Notes: a model not told the origin generated them from the letters alone. A stretch of DNA of 64,000 bases from an uncultured Desulfobacula sp. (GCA_963674905.2 CAXXXR010000002.1:2658588-2722587), one strand, 5' to 3'. Shown: positions 10,242-20,198, counted from the first letter of the stretch. Numbers and translations: made by a program.

Positions 10242-11464
10242 ATCATTTTTTCAAGGTGAAGAGCCTTGAACAGGTACTGGAATTGACCTGTGAGTTCTCT
10301 CCAAAACCGTCTGAACAGGTACCGGTTTCAGAGGCATTTTCACGGGTTCTTGCCAGGGATATTTTCGCACCGCTTGACATGCCCGGATTCAGGCGGGCCA
10401 CCATGGACGGGTATGCGCTTGAGGCAAGGAGCAGTTTTGGTGCGTCCGAGTCCAGTCCGGCCTGGCTGGACATTGTTGGCACGGTTTTAATGGGGGATGT
10501 GCCCGGGTTCAGGATTGAACCGGGCCAGGCCGCTAAAATTTCCACCGGCGGCATGCTTCCGGAAGGGGCCGACGCTGTGGTCATGGTGGAACATACGGAA
10601 TTGGTGGACGACACATCTGTGGAGATTTACAAGAGTGTGGCCCCGCTCCAGCACGTGATTGATGCGTCTGAAGATTTTGCGGCCAAAGAAAAAGTCCTTT
10701 CACAGGGAACCTTTGTCCGTCCCCAGGAAGCCGGGCTTGCCGCAGGGCTCGGGTTTGAAACCCTGGAGGTCTATCAAACACCCCGGGTGGGAATCATTTC
10801 CACCGGGAATGAAATTATTCCCATCAATGAAGCGCCCGGACCCGGTAAAATCCGGGACATCAATTCCTATACCCTGGCCGGTTTTATCCGGGAAGCCGAT
10901 GCCGTTCCCTTGTGTTACGGCATTGTCAAAGATGACCGAAACGCCCTGGAAAAAGCAATTAAAAAAGCCCTGGAAGAAACAGACATGGTCCTGATTTCCG
11001 GGGGAAGTTCCGTGGGGACACGGGATTTTACCGTGGAGGTGCTCTCAGGCCTGCCCGACACCGAGATCCTGGTCCACGGTATGTCCGTGAGTCCGGGCAA
11101 ACCCACCATTCTTGCCCGGTCAGGGACAAAACCGGTATGGGGTCTACCCGGCCAGGTGGTTTCTGCCATGGTGGTGCTCAAGGTCGTGGTCATCCCGTTT
11201 TTAAACCGCTTAAAGGGGCTTGGACAACTGGACGGAACTGTCCGGGTACCGGCCCGCCTGACCCGGAATGTGGCCTCTGCCCAGGGCAGAAGGGAATTTA
11301 TCCGGGTCATCCTGGAAAAAAAGGAGAACCATCTGACGGCAAAACCGGTCCTGGGAAAATCCGGACTGATCAGGACCATGATCCATGCCCACGGACTGCT
11401 TGAAGTCAAGGACCATGTTGAAGGCCTGGAAAAAGACGCGCTGGTGGATGTTATCCTATTGTAA
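10238..11464 (+). CDS. moeA: Molybdopterin molybdotransferase (gephyrin-like MoeA)
   Basis: RATMDGYA, STGGMLPEGADAVVMVE, ISGGSSVG, PGKPT and GLPG motifs; ATGA overlap with dapL. Confidence 0.93.
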   Translation: MNHFFKVKSLEQVLELTCEFSPKPSEQVPVSEAFSRVLARDIFAPLDMPGFRRATMDGYALEARSSFGASESSPAWLDIVGTVLMGDVPGFRIEPGQAAKISTGGMLPEGADAVVMVEHTELVDDTSVEIYKSVAPLQHVIDASEDFAAKEKVLSQGTFVRPQEAGLAAGLGFETLEVYQTPRVGIISTGNEIIPINEAPGPGKIRDINSYTLAGFIREADAVPLCYGIVKDDRNALEKAIKKALEETDMVLISGGSSVGTRDFTVEVLSGLPDTEILVHGMSVSPGKPTILARSGTKPVWGLPGQVVSAMVVLKVVVIPFLNRLKGLGQLDGTVRVPARLTRNVASAQGRREFIRVILEKKENHLTAKPVLGKSGLIRTMIHAHGLLEVKDHVEGLEKDALVDVILL

Positions 11465-11491
11465 TCAAGTGCCTATGGATCAGACCAATTG

Positions 11492-11608
11492 ATGGAAATG
11501 ATTTCTAAAAATTTGGACAAAAACCACGCAGAAAATCAGGAAGAAAACCGGTACAAAAACCAGAACAAAAAATCGGAACCGCTATCAGGGAGACCCGTAT
11601 ATCAATGA
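11492..11608 (+). CDS. Possible 38-aa low-complexity leader ORF (MEMISKNLDKNHAENQEENRYKNQNKKSEPLSGRPVYQ)
   Basis: Open frame fills the gap between the two moeA genes; its TGA overlaps the next ATG (ATGA); built from degenerate 12-bp repeats. Confidence 0.3.
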   Translation: MEMISKNLDKNHAENQEENRYKNQNKKSEPLSGRPVYQ

Positions 11609-13539
11609 ATACCAAAAGAAACATATACCTGGATATGAAGAGTATAGAAGAGGCAAAAAAAATTCTCTTTGATCAATTTGAACACCATGCCACCCAAACA
11701 GAAACTATTGATGTGGTGTCTGCCCGGGGCCGGGTCCTTGTAAAACCGGCCGTTGCAGCCATCTCTTCGCCGAATTTTCATGCCGCTGCCATGGACGGAA
11801 TCGCCGTGGACGCCCAAGTCACCTTTGGGGCCTCTGAAGAGGCGCCCATCCGCCTGTGTCCCGGGGAAAACGCCTTCTGGGTGAATACCGGCCATGCCAT
11901 GCCCAAGGGGACCAATGCCGTCATCATGATCGAACACTTAAATACTATGGACGACAACACCGTTGAAATTGAAGCGCCGGTCTTTCCCTGGCAGCATGTC
12001 AGAAAAATGGGGGAGGATATCGTGGCCACGGAACTCCTGTTTTCAAGGGGACACAGGATTAACGCTTACTCTCTTGGGGCGCTCCTGGCCGGGGGGATAT
12101 TCACGGTGGAGGTGTATCGCCGACCCCGGGTGTTGATCATTCCCACGGGTTCAGAGCTTCGGCAATGGCATGAGATTGAACTGGACACCCTGGTACCCGG
12201 AGATGTGGTGGAATCCAATTCCGCCGTACTGGGCGGACTCTGCCGGGAGTACGGGGCCGAGTTTGAGCTTCATCCCATGCTCAGGGACAACCTTGAAAAT
12301 ATTAAACGATCGGTTCAGGCAGCAACAGAACAGGATTATGATATGATCTTCATCATTGGCGGGTCTTCGGCCGGGTCTGAAGATTTTGCAAAACCCGTGA
12401 TTTCTTCCCTGGGCAAGGTCTATGTCCACGGAGTCACCATGATGCCGGGAAAACCCGTGATGTTCGGGAGGGTGTCGGATACGCCGGTATTCGGGATACC
12501 CGGTTATCCGGTGTCGGCCATTGTTGCCTTTGAACAATTTGCAGGCCCCTTGCTCTTGAACATGCAGAATCTGCCCCCGAAAGAAGACAGGGAAGTCCTG
12601 GTGTCGCCGGCAAGAAAGATCGCATCAAAACTGGGCCAGGAAGAGTTTTTAAGGGTGAAGATCGGGTCGGTGGACGGCCGTCTCATTTCCTCCCAGTTGC
12701 CCCGGGGCGCGGGCAGTATCACCACCCTCACCGAAGCGGACGGGGTGATCAGGATTCCCCGGAATGTCGAGGGGATATCGGAAAATGAAGAAATCCGGGC
12801 CCGGTTGCTCCGGCCCCTGTCTGCCATTGAAAATACTATTGTGATTACCGGTTCCCATGACAACACCCTTGATATCCTGGCGGATGAAATTAAAGGCAGG
12901 AGCCGCGACGTGAGTATCTCCTCAAGCCACGTGGGCTCCATGGGCGGGCTCATGGCCATCAGGAGAGGGGCCTGCCATATGGCCGGTGCCCACCTCCTGG
13001 ACCCCAAGGACGGGTCCTATAATATCTCCTATATTCAAAAATATCTGCCCGAAGAAAAACTCTGGGTGGTGAATCTGGTCATGCGGGAGCAGGGACTGAT
13101 CGTGCCAAAGGGAAATCCTGAAAATATTCAATCCATTGAAGATTTAAAGGCAAAGAAGTTGACTTTTATCAACCGTCAACCTGGATCAGGCACACGGATT
13201 TTGTTTGATTACAAACTTGCCGGTCTGGGCATATCGCCTGAAGATATAAGGGGATATGGGAATGATGAGTACACCCATATGTCGGTGGCGGTCTCTGTTC
13301 TTTCCGGCCGGGCCAATGCAGGCTTGGGCATCCAGGCGGCGGCCAGGGCCCTGGACCTTGACTTTATCCCGGTGGTGACCGAAGAGTATGACCTGGTCAT
13401 TCCCGATCGGTTCTATTCCACCCCAAAAGTTCAGGTTCTGCTCGACACCATCCGGACCAGCCAGTTTCAGGACCGGGTCCTCTCTCTTGGGGGGTATGAC
13501 AACAAAAATACGGGCAAGGTGATGTACAGTTCTGTATAG
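11605..13539 (+). CDS. moeA: MoeA fused to a C-terminal PBP (LysR-type substrate-binding) domain
   Basis: HAAAMDGIA, GGSSAGSEDF and PGKP MoeA motifs, then GSHD, GSMGGL, REQGL, INRQPGSGTR and EYTHMSVA of the molybdate/tungstate PBP domain. Confidence 0.92.
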   Translation: MNTKRNIYLDMKSIEEAKKILFDQFEHHATQTETIDVVSARGRVLVKPAVAAISSPNFHAAAMDGIAVDAQVTFGASEEAPIRLCPGENAFWVNTGHAMPKGTNAVIMIEHLNTMDDNTVEIEAPVFPWQHVRKMGEDIVATELLFSRGHRINAYSLGALLAGGIFTVEVYRRPRVLIIPTGSELRQWHEIELDTLVPGDVVESNSAVLGGLCREYGAEFELHPMLRDNLENIKRSVQAATEQDYDMIFIIGGSSAGSEDFAKPVISSLGKVYVHGVTMMPGKPVMFGRVSDTPVFGIPGYPVSAIVAFEQFAGPLLLNMQNLPPKEDREVLVSPARKIASKLGQEEFLRVKIGSVDGRLISSQLPRGAGSITTLTEADGVIRIPRNVEGISENEEIRARLLRPLSAIENTIVITGSHDNTLDILADEIKGRSRDVSISSSHVGSMGGLMAIRRGACHMAGAHLLDPKDGSYNISYIQKYLPEEKLWVVNLVMREQGLIVPKGNPENIQSIEDLKAKKLTFINRQPGSGTRILFDYKLAGLGISPEDIRGYGNDEYTHMSVAVSVLSGRANAGLGIQAAARALDLDFIPVVTEEYDLVIPDRFYSTPKVQVLLDTIRTSQFQDRVLSLGGYDNKNTGKVMYSSV

Positions 13540-13567
13540 AGGCTTGCTATAGGTCTTGGCGGCAGGG

Positions 13568-13631
13568 GTTAAATATAAAACAGCCCCGGGAAAATCTTCG
13601 TTTTTCCGGGGCTGGTTGGCGCGTTCAAGTG
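13568..13631. repeat. Hairpin-containing direct repeat, copy 1 (terminator-like)
   Basis: gttaaatataaaa-cagccccgggaaaa-tcttcg-tttttccggggctg-gttggcgcgttcaagtg; near-identical to 14461-14528. Confidence 0.75.
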
Positions 13632-13641
13632 CACTGATACC

Positions 13642-13887
13642 TTATTCGGTTGGATTTAATACTTTTTCCCATTTTGCTTCAATGGTATCCGCAGATAAAT
13701 CTGCTCCACATTCCCACTCAATGAAATATTTTCCATTATTGAATCGTTTAAAGTTATCTTCATCCTTCAAGTCTTCAAATGCCTCTGACCCAAGGTAGGG
13801 GCTGACATCAAAAAAACCTTCCTGCCCGTCTTCACTAACCACATAAAGAATATATTTTTCTTTAGGAAGTATTTTGGCAATTTTCAT
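13642..13887 (-). CDS. DUF2442 domain protein (putative antitoxin-like partner)
   Basis: FDVSPYL, FEDLKD..F..F and IEWECGADLSADT; ATGA overlap with the DUF4160 gene. Confidence 0.85.
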   Translation of the reverse strand: MKIAKILPKEKYILYVVSEDGQEGFFDVSPYLGSEAFEDLKDEDNFKRFNNGKYFIEWECGADLSADTIEAKWEKVLNPTE

Positions 13888-14156
13888 TGATCAAGCCCCC
13901 TGATACGAAACGTTTTTTTTCCATTAACAGCAAGTTGCCAGTTTACCATCAAGTCTTCCTGGTGAATTTCAATCCAGGCAACAACCAATTTATGTTTTTT
14001 CATTGGTAAACTTCCTGCCAGTACATTTCCGTCTTGTATTGAATACACAGCTATTGCACCTTGATATTCAGCATGAATGTGTGGAAGATGGTGTTTTTCT
14101 GTATCATAGAAAAACATTCTGATGAGAATTCCATAAAAAATCGAAATGGTCGGCAT
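13884..14156 (-). CDS. DUF4160 domain protein
   Basis: MPTISIFYGILIRMF...H.LPHIHAEY, LV.AWIEIH.EDL..NW signature. Confidence 0.9.
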   Translation of the reverse strand: MPTISIFYGILIRMFFYDTEKHHLPHIHAEYQGAIAVYSIQDGNVLAGSLPMKKHKLVVAWIEIHQEDLMVNWQLAVNGKKTFRIRGLDQ

Positions 14157-14460
14157 CGTTCCACCTGTAAAATTTTACAATAAGGGAGATAGCAATTCCC
14201 CTACTTTTTTTGTCCGACATTTTTAAACACTAACTTTAAAAAATACGGGTGTCAACACTATTGTTTATATCCCATGATTCTGTTTCCGTTGCGACAAAGC
14301 CTAAAAGAGATTTCGGCTGATTTCCATAGCGATTATAAAAAACGGCTTTTATTCGATTTTGATTTTTGTGACAGCATCTGCAAAATCTTCCGGATAACCC
14401 AATCGGTTGAGAGGAATCGTCTCAGAGGTCTTGGCTGGCATCCGGATCTTGGTGTCAGCA

Positions 14461-14528
14461 GTTAAACATAAACCAGCCCCGCCCCGGGAAAATCCTGTTT
14501 TTTCGGGGCTGTTAAGCTCGCTCAAGTG
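14461..14528. repeat. Hairpin-containing direct repeat, copy 2
   Basis: gttaaacataaac-cagccccgccccgggaaaatcctgttttttcggggctg-ttaagctcgctcaagtg. Confidence 0.75.
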
Positions 14529-14600
14529 TTCTCTGGGGCAAAGAAACCATACAGAGGCTCGGTTTCTTTGCCCGGATGTATCGTTAGTTCAAAATGGATG

Positions 14601-15797
14601 TTAATACGGGTGAATCTCAACCCGCCGATTTAATGCCCGGCCCGTATCCGTACCGTTCAATGCTACCGGCTTGGTAAATCCAAAGCCCTGGGTTGCCATC
14701 CGGTTGCTCATGATTCCCTTGCCCGCCAAATAACTTTTAACGGCCCGGGCCCGTCTCATGGAAAGATCCATGTTATAGGCCGGCGTGCCTACATTGTCAC
14801 AGTGACCGTTCAATTCCACGCTCATGACGGGATTTTTTTCAAGGATCTCGGCAACGTTGTCCAGCAGGGGGTAAGCCATGGGTTTGATTTCATCGCGATC
14901 AAAGTCAAACAGGACATTTTCAAGGACCCAGCACCCAACCACATTCACTTTGGCGCCCAGGGGGGTTCCGGGACATTGATCATCCTCGTCATAGACCCCG
15001 TCCTTGTCACTGTCTTTTTTCATGGTCACCACCGGGGCGGCAGGTGCGGGAGCGGGAGCCGGTGCAGCAACAGCAGGGGCGGCAACGGCTTGTTTGTTCA
15101 GAAATACGGTTTCAACAAAGCCGGCCATGCCGGCACTGGTCAGGAGTTGGTCCGCAGTCGAGTAAAATCCGCATCCGCCAACGTCTGCTACCTCTTTCAG
15201 AAGTGTTTCACCCCGGGCTGACTCACCCACAAGGATGGGATAAAAACAGATGGAGTCGCCATAGAGGCTTTTTAATCTTTTTGCAGAGGCCAGAACGTCG
15301 CCGGGCAGATCAAGTCCGTCACTGATGATGATCACGGCATTCATGCCGCCAAGCCCCTTAAGGTCGGTTCCTGCATCATCAATGGCCCTGTACACGGGGC
15401 TGGTTCCACCGGGTTCGGTAATTTTTTCAAAATTATTCTCTAAATTGTGAGAAAAGTATTTTTCCATTCCATAAAACAGTTCGGTGGGATTTTTGGAAAC
15501 GTTGACAGAGTGGCCGGCAGACCTTAAGCCGGCAATCTGACCCAGTTCCGGGATGGTGTCGTTCATCCGGTGAACCAGGGCCTGGGCAATGCTGAATTTT
15601 GTATTTCCATTGAAACGTTCACCCATGGATGAGGATGCATCGAACAATATCATGAAATTATCAACCTTTGAGGCGTACATGGTTTTATCAAATTGTTTTG
15701 CCTCAAATGAGGGTAAACTGCCCATTTGTTTTGATGCGCATCCAAATAAGAACAGGAAGGCAAAAAGTGTTAACAAGCTTTTCGTTAAAAGTCTCAT
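14601..15797 (-). CDS. OmpA-family lipoprotein with N-terminal vWA domain
   Basis: Lipobox LFGC; MIDAS DASSS...T...SDG; Ala/Pro linker; DSDKDGVYDEDDQC repeat; OmpA C-terminal GHCD...NMDLS..RA and LNRRVEI; ATG 15797 follows an AGGAG RBS. Confidence 0.9.
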   Translation of the reverse strand: MRLLTKSLLTLFAFLFLFGCASKQMGSLPSFEAKQFDKTMYASKVDNFMILFDASSSMGERFNGNTKFSIAQALVHRMNDTIPELGQIAGLRSAGHSVNVSKNPTELFYGMEKYFSHNLENNFEKITEPGGTSPVYRAIDDAGTDLKGLGGMNAVIIISDGLDLPGDVLASAKRLKSLYGDSICFYPILVGESARGETLLKEVADVGGCGFYSTADQLLTSAGMAGFVETVFLNKQAVAAPAVAAPAPAPAPAAPVVTMKKDSDKDGVYDEDDQCPGTPLGAKVNVVGCWVLENVLFDFDRDEIKPMAYPLLDNVAEILEKNPVMSVELNGHCDNVGTPAYNMDLSMRRARAVKSYLAGKGIMSNRMATQGFGFTKPVALNGTDTGRALNRRVEIHPY

Positions 15798-16043
15798 GAT
15801 TTTTTCTCCTTTTGATGGTTTGATATTTTCATGATGTATTACTAAAGAAGTCACTGCCGGACACAATTACTACCTAACACAGCATCAATAGCATTTTTAC
15901 AGGAGAACAGGCATAAAATCAAGTCCTGTTTTGATCCTTCGCTTGGCTCCCGGTCTTTTTTTAAAATCTTGCAATTTATGCCCAGGAATTATATACGAAT
16001 GCTGTTTAACGGCCATAATCTAAAAAGAGAAAACATAAGATAA

Positions 16044-16910
16044 ATGGAACTTTATCAGGGAATTATCCTCGGCATTATCCAGGGACTTACGGAGTTTTTA
16101 CCGGTCAGCAGTTCCGGCCACCTGGTGCTGGGCCAGATTTTTTTTGGCATTACCCATTCCCAGTTGACCTTTGATATCAGTGTTCATGTGGGGACCCTCC
16201 TGGCAGTCCTGGTGGTGTATGCATCCGATATCCGGGCCATCCTGTTGTCCGTGGCGGGGTTCCTTGCAAAGGCTGCTCGGTTTCAACCTCTCCGGCCCCT
16301 GTTCACAAAAGATCCCCACCTGCAAACGGCAGTCTTTATTGTGACGGCATCTGTTCCCACTGCGGCCATCGGCCTTGTCCTCAAACAATTTGAGCACATT
16401 CTGTTCACCTCCCAGACCCTGGTGGGCCTGATGCTGATCCTGACAGGAACCATCCTCTGGGTTTCCAGAAATTTTTATTTCAGTGAAAACAGTGAAAATA
16501 ATTTGACTGAAAGCAATTTGATTGACAGCAAGGAAAACCAATTCACCATGAAAAAGGCAATTACCGTGGGGATTGTCCAGGGCCTGGCCGTGATTCCGGG
16601 AATTTCCCGGTCCGGCAGCACCATTGCCGCGGGCATGTTCATGCGGATTGACCGGCACCAGGCAGCCCGGTTTTCCTTTCTTCTGTCCATCCCGGCCATC
16701 CTGGGGGCGGAGATCCTGGGGTTAAAAGATGTCATGGACCAGGGTCTGGTCATTGACCCCGTGACCCTGTATGCTACAATGGCATCATTCGTCACCGGCC
16801 TGGTTGCGTTAAAAATATTGCTGCGGCTGGTTCACGCGGGAAGGTTCCATTTGTTTGCCCCCTATTGCTGGTTTGTAGGGGCAGTGGTCCTTTTATCAAA
16901 AATTTTCTAA
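16044..16910 (+). CDS. uppP: Undecaprenyl-diphosphate phosphatase
   Basis: QGLTEFLPVSSSGHL, HVGTLLA, PGISRSGSTI and ARFSFLLSIPA motifs. Confidence 0.95.
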   Translation: MELYQGIILGIIQGLTEFLPVSSSGHLVLGQIFFGITHSQLTFDISVHVGTLLAVLVVYASDIRAILLSVAGFLAKAARFQPLRPLFTKDPHLQTAVFIVTASVPTAAIGLVLKQFEHILFTSQTLVGLMLILTGTILWVSRNFYFSENSENNLTESNLIDSKENQFTMKKAITVGIVQGLAVIPGISRSGSTIAAGMFMRIDRHQAARFSFLLSIPAILGAEILGLKDVMDQGLVIDPVTLYATMASFVTGLVALKILLRLVHAGRFHLFAPYCWFVGAVVLLSKIF

Positions 16911-16920
16911 AGGAGGCATT

Positions 16921-18276
16921 ATGAATCCCGGGATTTTCAGAGAATATGATATACGGGGCGTTGCGGGCAAGGATATTCTGGACGCGGATGTGGTGAGTAT
17001 CGGCAGGGCCTTTGGCAGCATCCTGAACCGGCAGGGCAAAAAAAATGTGTCTGTGGGAAGGGACTGCCGCCTGACCTCGGAAAAATTCGCCCAACTCTTC
17101 ATCCAGGGCATCATTGCCACGGGCTGCGATGTGATTGATATCGGGGTATGCCCCACGCCGGTGCTGTATTTTTCCATTCAGCATCTGGACCTTGGGGGCG
17201 GGGCCATGGTGACGGCCAGCCACAATCCACCTGAGTACAACGGGTTCAAGCTCATGAGCGGACTTGACTCCATCCACAGCCAGGGGCTCCAGGAAGTTTG
17301 CCAGGTGATTGAGAAAAAAGACTATGTCCAGGGCCAGGGAAGTCTCACCCGGCAAGACGTGATCACCCCGTATATGGAGAATATTTTAAACACTATAGAG
17401 ATCCGGCACCCCCTTAAAATCGGGATTGATGCCGGCAATGGAACCGGCGGAATTACGGCCCTGCCGGTCCTGAAGAAGCTGGGCTGCGAAGTCCATGACA
17501 TCTATTGTGATATGGACGGTACTTTTCCCAACCACGAGGCAGACCCCACCCAGAAAAAAAATCAACTGGACCTGATCCGCCTGGTGCAGGAAAACCATCT
17601 TGATCTCGGGGTGGGGTATGACGGGGACGGGGACCGGATTGGGGTGGTGGATAAAAACGGGGAGGTGATCTACGGGGACCAGCTCATGGTGATCTATGCC
17701 CGGGAAATCCTGGGCCGGAAACCCGGGGCCACCTTTATATCGGAAGTCAAATGCTCCATGGTCATGTACGATGACATCCGGGCCCACGGCGGCAATGCCA
17801 TTATGTGGCGGACGGGCCACTCGCTGATCAAGAAAAAAATGAAAGAGGAAAATGCGGCCCTGGCCGGGGAAATGAGCGGGCATATGTTTTTCAAGGACCG
17901 GTACCTGGGATTTGATGACGCCCTCTACGCCACCTGTCGTCTGCTTGAAATTATTGCAGACACGGGTCTTGGAGTGGACGAGCTGATCCAGGACCTGCCG
18001 AAAACATTTACCACACCGGAACTCCGGGTGGAGTGTCCGGATGCGATCAAATTTGATGTGGTGGCGAAAATCGTGGCCCTGTTCAAGGCAAAACAGGAGG
18101 TCATCGACATTGACGGGTTAAGGGCTGTTTACCCGGATGGATGGGGGCTTGTCAGGGCCTCCAATACCCAGCCCGCACTGGTCCTCAGGTTTGAGGCACT
18201 GAGCGAGGCAAGGCGGGATGAGATCAGAGCCGAGATTGAGTCGACATTAAATATTATTATAGAGGAGACAAAATAA
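16921..18276 (+). CDS. Phosphomannomutase/phosphoglucomutase (AlgC-like)
   Basis: IFREYDIRG, TASHNP, DGDGDR, GEMSGH and RASNTQP motifs. Confidence 0.93.
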   Translation: MNPGIFREYDIRGVAGKDILDADVVSIGRAFGSILNRQGKKNVSVGRDCRLTSEKFAQLFIQGIIATGCDVIDIGVCPTPVLYFSIQHLDLGGGAMVTASHNPPEYNGFKLMSGLDSIHSQGLQEVCQVIEKKDYVQGQGSLTRQDVITPYMENILNTIEIRHPLKIGIDAGNGTGGITALPVLKKLGCEVHDIYCDMDGTFPNHEADPTQKKNQLDLIRLVQENHLDLGVGYDGDGDRIGVVDKNGEVIYGDQLMVIYAREILGRKPGATFISEVKCSMVMYDDIRAHGGNAIMWRTGHSLIKKKMKEENAALAGEMSGHMFFKDRYLGFDDALYATCRLLEIIADTGLGVDELIQDLPKTFTTPELRVECPDAIKFDVVAKIVALFKAKQEVIDIDGLRAVYPDGWGLVRASNTQPALVLRFEALSEARRDEIRAEIESTLNIIIEETK

Positions 18277-18312
18277 GGTTTTGATCTAATCAAATCTTAT
18301 CTTTAAATTTTT

Positions 18313-20178
18313 ATGGAGTTATCGGTACAGCAGCAGGACGCAGTAAACCATACCGGCTCCCCGGCACTTGTGGTCGCGGGAGCCGGTTCAGGTAAGACAC
18401 GGACCCTTACGGCCAAGTTTTCACACCTTGTGAACCAGGGCCATGATCCGAAAAAGATTCTGGCCATCACCTTTACCAACAAGGCGGCCGACGAGATGAA
18501 GTCCAGGCTCATCAAAATGACGGGCCTGGGATACCAGAGCTTTCAATGGGTTCGCACCTACCACTCCGCCTGTCTGATGATCTTAAAACAGCATTGCGAA
18601 CGACTGGGATATACCCCTCCCATACTGGTTTTTTCCGTGTACCAGCAGCAGAAGCTGGTCAAGGAGTTGTGCGTGAAAAACAATATTGAAAAAAAGCACG
18701 TCAATAAAATTTTATCCCGTATTTCCCGGGCCAAGAATTTCGGGAATCCAACAAAATACTTTGACCTAAAACCCTCTTTTTTCAATGTCCGGATGGAAGA
18801 CCTGTTTGACCAGTATGAAGAGCGGCTCCAGGAGATGAATAGTGTGGATTTTGATAATATCCTGTTAAAGGCAAGAGATCTTTTAAGGGATCATTCAGAG
18901 GTCCGGGAGTTTTATCAGAATTATTTTTCCTATATCCTGGTGGATGAGTACCAGGACACCAACAATCTCCAGGATGAGCTAACTACCCTGTTGCTGGGAA
19001 GCCACCGGAACCTGTTCTGCGTGGGGGATGACTGGCAGGCGGTTTACGGATTCCGGGGTTCCAACGTCAACCATTTTTTGGGGTTTGGCGAAAAATACAG
19101 GGACTCCAAAATTTTCAGGCTCGAGGAAAATTACCGGTCTGCCGATGAAATCGTCCAGGCGGCCAATGACCTCATCGACCACAATCCGGACAAGATGGAC
19201 AAGCGCTGCTTTTCCCAGAAAAAAGGCGGGGTGATTGAAATCTATGATTTTATGTCCGATGTCAGTGAAGCTGAGTGGGTGGCCCGGCGGATCAAGGGGT
19301 TGAACCGCCATGGCCAGGGCATCAGCCTGGATAAGATCGCTGTGGTGTACCGGACAAAATTCTGTTCTCTTCCCTTTGAAAAAATTTTCAGGGCCTATCG
19401 GATTCCCTATAGTCTGAAGGGGTCCCAGGGGTTTTTTGAGCGCATGGAGGTGCTGGATATCAACTCCTATCTGAGCGCCGCGTTTTTCCCCAACGACGAT
19501 GTCTCGTTTGAGCGTATCGTCAACACCCCCAAACGGGGGATCGGGCCGTCCATGATCAAGAAGATGGCCGATATCCGGGCCCCGGGAATCAGCCTCCAGG
19601 ATGCGGCAAGAATCATGGTAAAGGATCGGGTGCTGACCCCGAAAATTCATGAAAATCTCTCCCGGGTGATCGAGGTCCTAGACGAGATCGTGGAGCTTCC
19701 CCCGGCCCGGGCCATGGAAGTGGTGATGGAAAGAATCGATTATCTTGACTATCTCAAGAAAAAAACCAAAACATCGGCCGAGTTTGTGTCCAAGCAGGAA
19801 AATCTCCAGCAGTTGATTTTCACGGCCAGGTCTAAAACCGATCTTCTGGAATACCTGGAAGAGGCGGCCCTGATCCGGGAGGACAAGGAAGACGATGAGG
19901 ATGATTCAGACGGTTCCGGCGTTTCCCTGCTCACCATCCATTCGGCCAAGGGCCTGGAATATGACACTGTATTTATCGTGGGGTGTGAAGAGCGGCTGTT
20001 TCCCCACTGGCGGTCCATTGATGCCGGTGATGCGGCTGTTTTCGAGGAAAGGCGGCTCATGTACGTGGCCATGACCCGGGCGGAGCGGTTTTTATACCTC
20101 ACCCATGCCAATTACAGGAAAGGTGAATTTGCCACCCCAAGCCGGTTCATCGATCAGATCCACGAGTATTTATTATAA
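18313..20178 (+). CDS. UvrD/PcrA-family SF1 DNA helicase
   Basis: AGAGSGKT, TFTNKAA, VDEYQDTN, VGDDWQ, LEENYRS, TIHSAKGLE and EERRLMYVAMTRA. Confidence 0.93.
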   Translation: MELSVQQQDAVNHTGSPALVVAGAGSGKTRTLTAKFSHLVNQGHDPKKILAITFTNKAADEMKSRLIKMTGLGYQSFQWVRTYHSACLMILKQHCERLGYTPPILVFSVYQQQKLVKELCVKNNIEKKHVNKILSRISRAKNFGNPTKYFDLKPSFFNVRMEDLFDQYEERLQEMNSVDFDNILLKARDLLRDHSEVREFYQNYFSYILVDEYQDTNNLQDELTTLLLGSHRNLFCVGDDWQAVYGFRGSNVNHFLGFGEKYRDSKIFRLEENYRSADEIVQAANDLIDHNPDKMDKRCFSQKKGGVIEIYDFMSDVSEAEWVARRIKGLNRHGQGISLDKIAVVYRTKFCSLPFEKIFRAYRIPYSLKGSQGFFERMEVLDINSYLSAAFFPNDDVSFERIVNTPKRGIGPSMIKKMADIRAPGISLQDAARIMVKDRVLTPKIHENLSRVIEVLDEIVELPPARAMEVVMERIDYLDYLKKKTKTSAEFVSKQENLQQLIFTARSKTDLLEYLEEAALIREDKEDDEDDSDGSGVSLLTIHSAKGLEYDTVFIVGCEERLFPHWRSIDAGDAAVFEERRLMYVAMTRAERFLYLTHANYRKGEFATPSRFIDQIHEYLL

Positions 20179-20198
20179 CTATCCTGAAACAGCAGAGG

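Noticed and set aside
13568-13631. Hairpin downstream of DUF2442 as an attC site
   Set aside because: The minus strand has GCCAAC but no matching GTTRRRY end or extrahelical-base pattern; it fits a terminator-like repeat better.
14305-14405. Degenerate gatttc/atctgc..atc repeats upstream of DUF4160
   Set aside because: They faintly resemble a known low-complexity intergenic repeat type but are too decayed to delimit or support.
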